A stretch of 28,365 bases of DNA from Octopus sinensis (lineage: Eukaryota). Every line of letters starts with the position of its first letter. The first letter of the stretch is position 1. A model generated the notes under the pieces. The model ran no database searches. It was not told the origin of the DNA and worked only from the letters and a program-made list of their open reading frames with translations. The stretch covers positions 1-28,365 of the forward strand of contig NW_021833552.1 of assembly GCF_006345805.1 (NCBI RefSeq), read 5' to 3'. Of this stretch, positions 18,787 to 28,365 are shown in pieces. The position numbers were made by a program, and so were the translations under genes.

Positions 18787-19711
18787 AAGGCGGTGCGCTC
18801 TCAGAATCGGTGAGACGCCGGGCAACGTGCTTAGCAGCATTGCGTCGATCCTCACGTTCTGAGTTCAAATTCCGCTGAGGTCGAGCTGGCAGAAACGTCA
18901 GCACGCCGGGCGAAATGCTTAGCGGTATTTCGTCTGCCGTTACGTTCTGAGTTCAAATTCCGCCGAGGTCGACTTTGCCTTTCATCCTTTCGGGGTCAAT
19001 AAATTAAGTACCAGTTACGAACTGGGTCGAGATAATCGACTTAATCCGTTTGTCTGTCCTTGTTTGTCCTTTCTGTGTTTAGCCCCTTGTGGGTAGTAAA
19101 GAAATAAGAATCAGTAACATGCCGGGCGAAATGCTTAGCGGCATTTTGTCTATCCTCACGTTCTGAGTTCAAATTCTGCCGAGGCAAAATTTACCTCTCA
19201 GCCTTTCAGGGTCGAAAAATTATGTACCAGTTGCATACTGGGGTCGATCTAATCGACTGGTCCCCCTCCCCTAAAATTTCGGGTCTAGTGCCTAGATTAG
19301 AAACAAATATCCTTGATTGAGTTTAAGGCGGTGGGCTGGCAGAATCGGTGGCGCGCCGGACAACGTGCTCAGCGGCATTTCATCTATCCTCAAATTCTGA
19401 GTTCAAATTCCGCCGAGGCAAGATTTGCCTTTCATCCTTTCAGGATCAAAGAAATAAGCACTGGGGTCGATGTAATGGACTTTTGAAACCACTATTAATG
19501 ACTGGTGAACAGACAGAAACACTAGCACGCCGGACGAAATGCTTGGCGGTATTTCGTCCGTCTTTACGTTCTGAGTTCAAATTCCGAGGAGATCGATTTT
19601 GAGTTTCATCCTTTCGAGGTCGATAAATTAAGTACCAGTGGAACACCGGGGTCGATGTAATCAACTAGTCCCATCCCCGCAAATTTGTGGCCTTGTATCT
19701 TTAGCAGAAAG
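18787..19711 (+). mobile_element. Cluster of five same-orientation Nin/Deu-type SINE copies or fragments
   Basis: Copies start near 18787, 18882, 19108, 19326 and 19515. Each contains gttctgagttcaaattc or a close variant. Confidence 0.85.
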
Positions 19712-19716
19712 GTTTA

Positions 19717-19760
<44 letters not shown>

Positions 19761-19793
19761 GTTATTATTATTATTACTATTATTATTATTATT

Positions 19794-20347
19794 GAGTGAG
19801 AGAGCAGTGCATGCCATCGAAGTGACACTGGGAGTAAAATATACGAAGCCCAGTATACCCGTCATGACTACCCGTCTGATAAGGGTACACCAGGCACATG
19901 CATCACAACCATATGTGCGTGACATGGTGATCTCATATCAAGATAAACAGCACATGACCTTGCAGGTGGGGCCCAGTTAGAATTTTCTTCTGGTCGAGTA
20001 ACCCATCCCGCTCAAAAGATCCCTGAATAAGACTTGTTTAAGGGTGTTGAACGAAACACCCATGTTTCCAAAGGCGAATTATTCAAACCCCAAAGAATCC
20101 CTCTCAGCACATGGCTATGATGCTTCCCCACTACTTCTGCTCGTGATCAGAGATGCACATATCGTCAGCCAATAAGGGACATGCTCAACTGGTTACGGTC
20201 AAACAACTGACAAGAAAATCTGTGGTATTGAGCAGAATATTTGCTGTAGCCCATCTTTTATACCAAGACAAAACAATGTACATGATAACACTTCCAATCA
20301 GTTAAGATCAGAAGCCATGAAAGCCAGTGTCTGGTACTGCATCAGGG

Positions 20348-20348
<1 letters not shown>
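19794..20348 (-). mobile_element. Element X copy 3, apparently full length (555 bp)
   Basis: Flanked by (ATT)n at 19714-19793 and 20349-20401. Contains both segments missing from copies 1 and 2. Confidence 0.85.
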
Positions 20349-20391
<43 letters not shown>

Positions 20392-20417
20392 TATTATTAT
20401 TGGTAGTAGTAGTAAAG

Positions 20418-20570
20418 CAATGAGGTGGCAGAATTGTTAGCACGCCGATCAAAATGCTTGGCAGCGCTTCGTACGTCTTTATCTTCTGAGCTCAAATTCT
20501 GTTGAGGTCGATGTTATCGACTTAGACCCTGTCCCCTAAAATTGTTGGCCTCGTGTCAAAATTCGAAGCC
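20418..20570 (+). mobile_element. Degenerate Nin/Deu-type SINE with internal deletion
   Basis: tggcagaattgttagcacgccg...tctgagctcaaattctgttgaggtcga|tgttatcgact. The core is lost between two ggtcga microhomologies. Confidence 0.65.
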
Positions 20571-20896
20571 AATAACCGTAACTGAGCTCGGCTCGCGGGC
20601 CGCATTGATTGATCTCCCTAATCGTCGTCTCCTCTTTACATTGTCGCTGCAATATCGGTGCAGCTGACGTCCCTACGTTACATATGCACTTCTAATACAG
20701 TACGTTTACAGTGCAGGATAGTGTGCAGCGTGGTACAACGCCAGTACAGTGGAAATGAGGTACAGTTCAGTTGTAGTTGCACATTTCGGTGCATCAGGAG
20801 TGCAGCTTATTTGCAGAGCAATACGAGCGTCGGTGCAATGGTTGCAAGTTCTGATGCAATATTAAATATTAACGAGTGCAGCAGTCAGCGGGTACT

Positions 20897-21570
20897 AGTA
20901 GTGGTGATGGTGGTGGTGTTGGTAGTGGTGGTTGATGGTGGTGGTGGTGGTGGTAATAGTGATGGTGTTGGTTGTGGTGGTGGTGGTGTTGGAGGTGGTT
21001 GATGGTGGTGGTGGTGTTGGAGGTGGTTGATGGTGGTGGTGGTGGTGGTGGCAGTGGTGGTTGATGGTGGTGGTGGTGGTGTTGGAGGTGGTGATGGTGG
21101 TGGTGTGGTGGTGATGGTTTGGTTGGTGCGGTGGTGGTTGATGTGGTGGTGGTGGTGTGGTGGTGGCAGTGGTGGTTGATGGTGGTGGTGGTGGTGGCGG
21201 TGGTGGTTGATGGTGGTGGTGGTGGTGGCAGTGGTGGTTGATGGTGGTGGTGGTGGTCGCGGTGGTGGTTGATGGTGGTGGTGGTGGTGGTTGTGATGAT
21301 AATGGTGTTGTTGGTGCTGTTTCTGGTGATGGTAGTGGTGGTGGTGATAATGGTTTCAATGGTGATTGCGGTGGTGGTGTTGATGAGAGCAGAAAGGGTG
21401 GGGTGGTTGTGGAAGAGGTGGTGGTGGTGGCTGCGGCGGCGGAAGTGGTGATGTCGGTAGTGGCGCTTAGGGTGGGGGACGCTTACGGTATAGGCGATAG
21501 CGTTTGTCGTGATTAAATCCCGATGTTTTTGTTGTAGTTGTTGTCCTTCGTCATGTGACAACACGCTACG

Positions 21571-21621
<51 letters not shown>

Positions 21622-21780
21622 TTGTTTTTGTTTGTTTCGACACCAATCTAGGAAGCATATGTTTGAAAATTAATGAGTTGTTGCTTGAAATATGTCAATG
21701 ATGTGTTAGGTGGGGGGCATGGGTGGGTGGAAAGTGGGAAAGCACAGATAGAGGAGAGAGAGAGAGAGAGAGAAAGAGGA

Positions 21781-21830
<50 letters not shown>

Positions 21831-22082
21831 ATGCAGACATGCGTACAAAAGACAGGAAAGAGAGTGAAATGTAAGCCGATAGATAGAGGGATAAATGCAT
21901 AATAGATGGATGGATGGATGGATAGATAGACAGACAGATAGATAGATAGATAAGTAGATAGATAGACAGACGGACAAACAGATCGATAGATAAACAGAGG
22001 GAGAGAGAGGAGAGAGAGAGAGAGAGATGGATATATAGGTAGTTGGCTAGAAAGATAGATAGATAGATAGATAGAGACAGAC

Positions 22083-22161
<79 letters not shown>

Positions 22162-22280
22162 GACATAACTTTTTATTGTGGCCACACAGGGCTAAACACA
22201 GAATAAAAATGGACGAAATACAGTGTAGAGTTTTTTCTTTTCGAGGTGGGATGGGTGAGACATACAAACAGCAGTGTATC

Positions 22281-22331
<51 letters not shown>

Positions 22332-22634
22332 CCTGTATATGCATAGATGCACACACACATACACACACACATACACAAACATACATACATCTTCAAATTA
22401 AACAAATGTTTTTAGAATTTCAAGTAATTATTGAAACTCATTAGATATCAGTGGTAGGAGTGTGGGGTGGGGGTGGACAAGGAGTAGGCAGTGGTGTGTG
22501 GCATGGGTGGAAAGGAGGCAGACATGGGTGTAGAAGTAGGAGGTAGTGGAGAGAGAGAGAGAGAGAGCGGAGTGTGAAGGAAGGAGGATGAGAAAGTGCT
22601 TGCTTTGGCTTGGAGAAAAAAAAGGGAGAATAAG

Positions 22635-22671
<37 letters not shown>

Positions 22672-23069
22672 GGACTTGAAAAAGAGAGACGTGGTTTAGC
22701 TTGATTAATTGAAGAGGAGGGGCAGTGATATGAACGCACACACGCACACAACCACACGCACATGTTTAATAATATAGCATATGTGCATATATATTTACAT
22801 ACACACATACACACTCACACACACATATATATATGTACGTACAGATACGTATATACACACATACATATATATGCACTTGCATATATACATATACACACGT
22901 GCAGAAATATATGTACACATACATACATGCGTATATATATATATATATACACACACATACATATTCGTATATATACGAGTGAGTGGAGAAACGAAAGAAG
23001 GGCACTCATCACTTTCACTGCGAGTTACATTTAGGGGTCAAAGGAATTTGAAGCAAACTGTTTTGATCC

Positions 23070-23105
<36 letters not shown>

Positions 23106-23107
23106 GT

Positions 23108-23155
<48 letters not shown>

Positions 23156-23230
23156 ATGTATGTAGTATGTATATACGAGTAGACATACATAGCAACATCT
23201 ATCTATCTATGTGTGTGTGTGTGTATGGTT
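20897..23230. repeat. Microsatellite-dominated block: (GGT)n, (GTT)n, (GA)n, (GATA)n, (TA)n, (TG)n
   Basis: Direct reading. Confidence 0.9.
22163..22230 (-). mobile_element. SINE tail fragment
   Basis: Minus strand ttctgtgtttagccctgtgtggccacaataaaaag resembles the tail ttctgtgtttagccccttgtgggtagtaaag at 19070-19100. Confidence 0.5.
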
Positions 23231-23537
23231 ATACGAAGGAGAGAAATAGAACTCAGCACATGAATAAGAGCACGAAACTTGATGCATGTTGTTGCTCGAA
23301 TCCACAGATGTTCCCTTCTGCCCAGGCAATCAATCAATCGTTTCCTCAATGTCATGTCAGTTTTGGAGAATCCTTGATCCTTATGATTATCTTCCTTCCT
23401 CATTTAGTGCTGTAATCATTGCTTTCGAGAAATTGGTCTACCTCCTCTAGAAGCAGAGTGAATTTCTGAAAAGCAATAATTTATCATAATTGGTCTCCAT
23501 GTCGCCATCATTTGTGCGTCACTGTGCACAAATAGTA

Positions 23538-23758
23538 ACAAGGAAGGACACATTAGATAATGTAGTCCTAGATACACTATGCCTGAATAAAATACAGGAT
23601 GTTACAGCTGGAACATCTTTGATCATAAGTCTGCGGGAGCAGGACTGACCTGGAGTTAAACAACAACAACTAGTGCAAGAATATAGGTTGTTCAACCTGC
23701 TAGAAATAGCAGTCAGTATATCTTTCTCTGAGATTACACACATCCTTAACGTCTTAAA
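23538..23758 (+). mobile_element. Solo ~130-bp module followed by its companion upstream-type module
   Basis: 23538-23670 matches the 13545-13948 units. 23685-23758 (cctgctagaaatagcagtc...cgtcttaaa) resembles 13391-13440 and 13466-13544. Confidence 0.7.
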
Positions 23759-24705
23759 CGACAGGACAAGTCAGAGTGTAGTCTTCGCCAATGGGGATTG
23801 TCGTGGCTGGAAATCTAACCAGTTTCTTCCCTGGAGTCGGGGGAAAAGAGGTAATACAGCAGCAATAACAACAACAACAATAATATTTCACGCGATACTC
23901 TGAAAACCCTTTCCTGCCCATCCCTCGCTAAACACAAACGCACAAACATTAAGCCACTGCCGAACGCTGTCAAACGCTAGGAACGCTGAACGCGTTCCCG
24001 GCCCACCTTCACCCACCCTAACCAACCCATTACCCTCCCTACCCGACCCTTTCCACAAATACAATCCGAATACTTTATCAGTTCGATCTCTCAGAACAAA
24101 AATCACTTCTCAGTTTTCAGGATTGTCCTCCTTCCACCACCACAAACAACAACAACAGCAACACCATCAATACCCCCATTCTATCTGTTGTTGTTATTTC
24201 AATGTTATTTCCGATGTTTTCTTTCTCTATACGTGGGAGTGTATCTACTTTTATTTTTTCTATTTTTACTTATTCATTGTTTTTTTTTAGTTTTAACCAG
24301 GCAACGGTATTCTTCTGAAGTGGCTTCAATTAATTGTAGCCGGAGGCTGTTGGTAGTAGTAGTAGTGGTTGTGATAGTGGTGGTCGTGGTGGTCGTGGTG
24401 GTAGTTGTTGTAGGTGTATTTCTGCTAGCAAAGGATAACGGCGTTGGAGGCTGTGGTGGCGGAGCTGATATTTATATGAATGTGTGTGCTTGTGTGTGTG
24501 CTTTTGTGTGCGCATATGTCTATATATATATAATGAGAAGAGCGTCACACATATATATATATACATACACACACATACATACGTATATATATATAAATCA
24601 ATCTATATAGATCTCTCTCTGTCTATGTATCTGTTTGCCTGTTTGTCTATCTATCTATCTATCTTTCTATCTATCAATCAATCTTTCTAGTTACCTGGCT
24701 AGTGG

Positions 24706-24742
<37 letters not shown>

Positions 24743-25384
24743 CCATCCATCCATACATACATACATACATACATATAGCTGATTGAAAGAGAGATAGAAA
24801 ATGGTATGCATGTATATGCATGTGTGTGTGTATGTATGCGTGCGCATGCGCGTATGTAGAGAGAGAGAGAGAGAGAAAGGAAGAGATTAGTATATAGATA
24901 TTAGACGGACAATAATTTTTCACTTTATATCTTACTCTCTGTCAGTCTGTCTGTCTCTTTCACTCTCCATATTGCTATACATATATACCTATGTATATAC
25001 AGGTACAACATAGATTTTCCGGAATATTTCTTTTCCAAGGCCTTTCCGGTTTACAGAACTTTCCGAACTAAGGCTGATAGGTCACGGTAGTCAGTACTCT
25101 TGAAATTAAACGAATATTCAATTTACTTAAAGAATTAAATGAAATAAAGAGATCCGTAGATTAGGGTAGATTAACAGGGATTATGAGAGGAAATGTTGAA
25201 AACCTCTTTTTTTCACCTTTAACGTGCGTGAAACTAATACATTCAAGTCCTCTTGTTTTGTAATTGTTACTTTTAATGTTCGATTATTCGATTTGACTAC
25301 TACTACTACTACTACCACCACCGCCGCCACCACCATCACCACCACTACTACTACTACTACACCTTAGATCTGGGGGGGGGATTA

Positions 25385-25507
25385 TGGCTTCCTCGCCTAG
25401 TCAGTAGGGTGGGATCATCTGAAGGCTAAAACAATGCAAAAAGCGCATTGAGACCAGCGATGCGTAGCAACGTGTATAGCCTGGTCGGTCACGTGATCAC
25501 GTGTGAT
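25385..25507 (+). mobile_element. Probable SINE 3' fragment (unclassified)
   Basis: gaaggctaaaacaatgc...gaccagcgatgcgtagcaac...cctggtcggtcacgtgatcacgtg then TA/TG repeats. Recognised from memory only; no second copy in the window. Confidence 0.3.
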
Positions 25508-25516
25508 ATATATATA

Positions 25517-25547
<31 letters not shown>

Positions 25548-25770
25548 ATAGTCCAAATTTACAGAGAACAAAAGACGAAGACAAGTGAGGGAACAACCAG
25601 TAGGTGAATTAGTTCGACGCTCGGGAAGAATGGGAAAGTCTTTGACATTTCGAGCCTACGCTCTTCGATAGAAGGGAACGAGAGGTAAAAAATTGGAGAG
25701 AGAACGAAAAGAACGAAGAGAGAGAAATTTGTGTAGAGATTAATGGTTCAACATGATGAAATGACCGGAC
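25548..25770 (-). mobile_element. Probable Penelope-like LTR fragment with hammerhead-like motif at 25637-25675
   Basis: Minus strand CTATCGA-A-GAGC-GTAG-GCTC-GAAA-TGTC-AAAG. Same family as 1-130. Confidence 0.5.
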
Positions 25771-25782
25771 GATATAAATATA

Positions 25783-26327
25783 TTGGGTTGTCCGGAAAGT
25801 TCGTGCCGATTTATAGTAGCTTACCTTTCCACTTATTTTAAAACATGGTTGAGTCCATAAAATAGGATTTGACTACACCTCCATTTAGTGCACAGTTTAA
25901 GCTATCTTTTCGTTGAAGAAGGTTTATCTTCCTATAACCTGTGTTAATTCTGCAACTCTTTAAAATGGAAGATAAGAAAGTTTGGGAACCATACAAAAAT
26001 TGCTGTAACTCGGCCGGGATGTGTTACCCGACCCTCCACATTCACCAGATGTTGCTCCTTCGGATTCCCACTTATTCAGGTCTCTGCAGAATAGTCTTAA
26101 TGGTAAAAATTTCAATTCCTTGAATGACGTAAAATGATACCTTGATGAATTCTTTGCCATGAAATCACCTCAAATCTGGGAAGAGGGTATTTTCAAGTTA
26201 AAGGAAAGATGGAGACGCATTGTGCAACAAAATGTTTCATATTTGGTTGATTAAAAATGTAATGGCAAGTATTTATTGACCTTTTTCTTTCCTGTAAAAA
26301 TCGGCACGAACTTTCCGGACAACCCAA
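25783..26327 (+). mobile_element. Mariner internal-deletion derivative, 545 bp
   Basis: Perfect 30-bp TIRs (25783-25812 / 26298-26327) and TA TSD on both sides. Transposase start MEDKKV at 25965 is fused to a C-terminus reading LPDPPHSPDVAPSDSHLFRSLQNSLNGKNFNS...ERWRRIVQQN.SYLVD* (YSPDLAPSD-like), stop at 26254. Confidence 0.95.
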
Positions 26328-26384
26328 TATATATACTATCAAACGCAGCTGTCATCTGGACGGTTATAAGTTGCTTTGGTGGTA

Positions 26385-27162
26385 TTTTTTTCACTTTGTT
26401 CCAGGTGCCACCTGAGCTCAGCGAGCAGTTTGCTCAGTGGCATCTCCCATGAATAAATTTGAAGGGATTGGTGTTCAGCGTTGTTGACAAGAAGAATAGA
26501 GCCTATCCGATGATAGGTTTCGGCCCCGAATTTTAAACGTTGACATATTGGAGTCTTTGTGAATGAGTTTGAGACTGAAACTTGTCATCTAAAAGGCAGA
26601 GTTATAAGCACGAATTTTCTGTGTACATTGCTGCGAATCAGGGTATTGACCAAGGAGTAAAGAGAAGAAAGGTTTAGGAGTGTTTTGCAGGTCAGGCAAA
26701 CGAACCTTTTCGTTTGAGAAGCATAGACCACTGGATTCTCCAACCCAGTTGAGGGACTTGAAAGATGGACATATTACAGACATATTCCTTGTAACAGTCT
26801 CTCGATGGGTGGCGTAATCCTTGGCTGGATCATAGCCTTTGATGCCCATCGATTACTCGATAGCTTCCAATAGCCATGTTGCAGTGAACATTAGTCTCAT
26901 CATCCGATGGTTATCGTCATTTGCCAACCTCGCAGCAGAAGTGGGTGAAGCGATGCGTGCCCAACGGATAGCACTCTTTTGTGGGGTTTCTGCAGCCCTT
27001 GCATCAGCAGCACGCATTCCATAGGTTTCACGCTGCTCTGTAGTAATTGCAGCTCTAGCAGCGGCAGCTCCTTTCAACAATCTACATGACCCTTGGTCCT
27101 CAGTCTCCTTGGCCTGCCAGCGCTACTGCCTTACCGCTGCATACTCTCTTTTTAGGTGGCAT
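26385..27162 (-). pseudogene. Helitron RepHel N-terminal fragment (stops and frameshifts)
   Basis: ATG at 27162 gives MPPKKR. Then ETEDQ/TTEQRE/RAAETPQ repeats, YDPAKDYATH...MSVIC..LNWVGESSGLCFSNEKVRLPDL..PKP...IRAYNSAF*MTSF...TFKIRG, and TYHRIGSIL...LQIY(F)MGD. This matches the Helitron helicase-like N-terminal pattern. Confidence 0.85.
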
Positions 27163-27263
27163 GCTTGTATGATCTGGAAGAGGAAAATGGGCTTTAGTGT
27201 ATCAAGTGACTATCGATTCTATCATAAGCTAACAAACGCCCCTTTATTCTGTCTTCCCACATA

Positions 27264-27578
27264 TTTTTTATTTATGCGACCTTTTCAAGCCTAGCCAGGC
27301 TCATGGGCCCGGTTTCCCGGTTTCTGTGGTGTATGTATTCCCCCCAGCTGGAGGGGATGCCAATCCATCGCAGCGTTACACAAGAAACATGAAGAGAGAG
27401 TGAGAGAAAGATGTGGAGAAAGAGTACAACATGGGTCGCCACCACCCCCTGCCGGAGCCTCGTGGAACTTTAAGGTGTTTTCGCTCAATAAACACCACAA
27501 CGCCCGGTCTTGGATTCGGAACCGCGATCCTACAACCGCGAGTCCGCTGCCCTAACCACTGGGCCATTGCGCCTCCAC
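27264..27578 (-). mobile_element. Full-length tRNA-derived SINE (315 bp) with Meta/V-like 3' domain, inserted in the Helitron 5' UTR
   Basis: A-box TGGCCCAGTGG and B-box-like GGTTCCGAATCC. Tail gctgcgatggattggcatcccctccagctggggg...agaaaccgggaaaccggg. Perfect 12-bp TSD TCTTCCCACATA (27252-27263 / 27579-27590). Confidence 0.9.
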
Positions 27579-27849
27579 TCTTCCCACATAGCCTGCGCAT
27601 AAAGTAACGGCGAATACCGAATAAAGTGAAATTGGCATGGCGCTTTCTGAAAGATACGTATAGCTTTCGCTAGTGGAAACAAATCTCTTATTTAAAGGTT
27701 GATTGTTTGGGAAGAATCATATGTGATTGTTTAAAAAGTGCTAGAACCACAATGCTAACATCTATTTGAAACAATAGACAGCAGTCGAAATATCATAATG
27801 GATGGGAAAAATAAGCATCCTTAAAGTGAAACAACGTAGGTAAACAACG

Positions 27850-27958
27850 TGGGACATAACTAATGTGTGTGTAAAGTTTGGTGAAAATCGGTTGAGAATT
27901 GTGGAAATGTATGCGTTAGTCATTATATACATACGTACTGCGATTTATATATACTAGA
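27850..27958 (-). other. Helitron 5' terminus
   Basis: Minus strand A|TCTAGTATATATAAATC...CAACCGATTTTCACCAAACTTT. TC start after an A, TA-rich leader, and a subterminal motif I recognise from invertebrate Helitrons. Lies ~800 bp upstream of the RepHel ATG. Confidence 0.7.
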
Positions 27959-28139
27959 TGTGTATAAAGACACCCACCCACCCACACACACACAACCATG
28001 GATGTGTATGTGTGTGTGCGTACGTGTATTTGTAGAAAGTCATTCAACCATAAGGCTACATCTATTGTTCCTTCACGCATCATTAACGAGGAAGTTAGTT
28101 GGGTATGAAGTTGAGATATAATGTTACTGTGAGCAGTCG

Positions 28140-28365
28140 TTTACGAGGCGATGGTGGTGGTTGCGGTGGTGGTACTGTTGATTGAGGTGACGATGGTGTT
28201 GGTGAAGGTAGTGGTGAAGGTAGTGCTGATAGTGGTGACGGGGGCGGTGGTAGTGCTGATAGCGGTGGCGGAGCGGTGTGATAGTTGTAGCTGTACGTGG
28301 GTGGAGTTGTCGCTAGTAGGAATGCTGGTAGTGACGGTGGAGGTAGTGGAAGTGGTGGTGATGGT
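28140..28365. repeat. Degenerate (GGT)-rich low complexity
   Basis: Direct reading. Confidence 0.8.

Noticed and set aside
20869-22405. His/Pro/Thr-rich and Leu/Ser-rich ORFs
   Set aside because: Same microsatellite artefact ((GGT)n, (GA)n, (GATA)n).
23260-23520. Possible host exon or transposase remnant (RGGRPIS on the minus strand)
   Set aside because: Stops in all frames and only one short motif; cannot be supported without a search.
24998-25090. Possible Tc1/pogo-type MITE end (caggtacaacatagattttccgg with ttccgg repeats)
   Set aside because: No matching opposite TIR found.
27490-27578. Bona fide tRNA genes in SINE heads (also 1560-1640, 15211, 18882)
   Set aside because: A/B boxes are present but I could not fold a complete cloverleaf with acceptor stem, and they continue into SINE bodies with TSDs.

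Overview
Eukaryotic, gene-poor, repeat-saturated window; no host exon is recognisable. The SINE families and microsatellite load look like an Octopus genome (inferred from memory, not searched). Main contents: (1) a near-full-length CR1-clade LINE (about 6.1-10.8 kb, +) with ORF1, APE endonuclease and RT, one ORF2 frameshift, a 3' stem-loop and a (TAAC)6 tail. Its ORF2 has no ATG before the endonuclease, but an in-phase GGGTTTA -1 slippery heptamer lies in the ORF1/ORF2 overlap. (2) Four Helitron landmarks on the - strand in correct order: 5' A|TC terminus at 27958, RepHel N-terminus at 27162-26385, PIF1 helicase C-terminus at 5415-4925, and 3' hairpin at about 4786-4812. Together they bracket 23 kb. 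(3) A chain of R4/Dong-clade LINE fragments and a 555-bp non-coding element, joined by (AAT)n tracts. (4) A mariner deletion derivative with perfect 30-bp TIRs, a hAT-type MITE, at least three tRNA-derived SINE families (two copies with clear 12-bp TSDs, sharing a head but carrying different tails), and two degenerate Penelope-type hammerhead-like motifs. Most ORFs in the supplied track are microsatellite artefacts. All family assignments come from motif recognition by eye.
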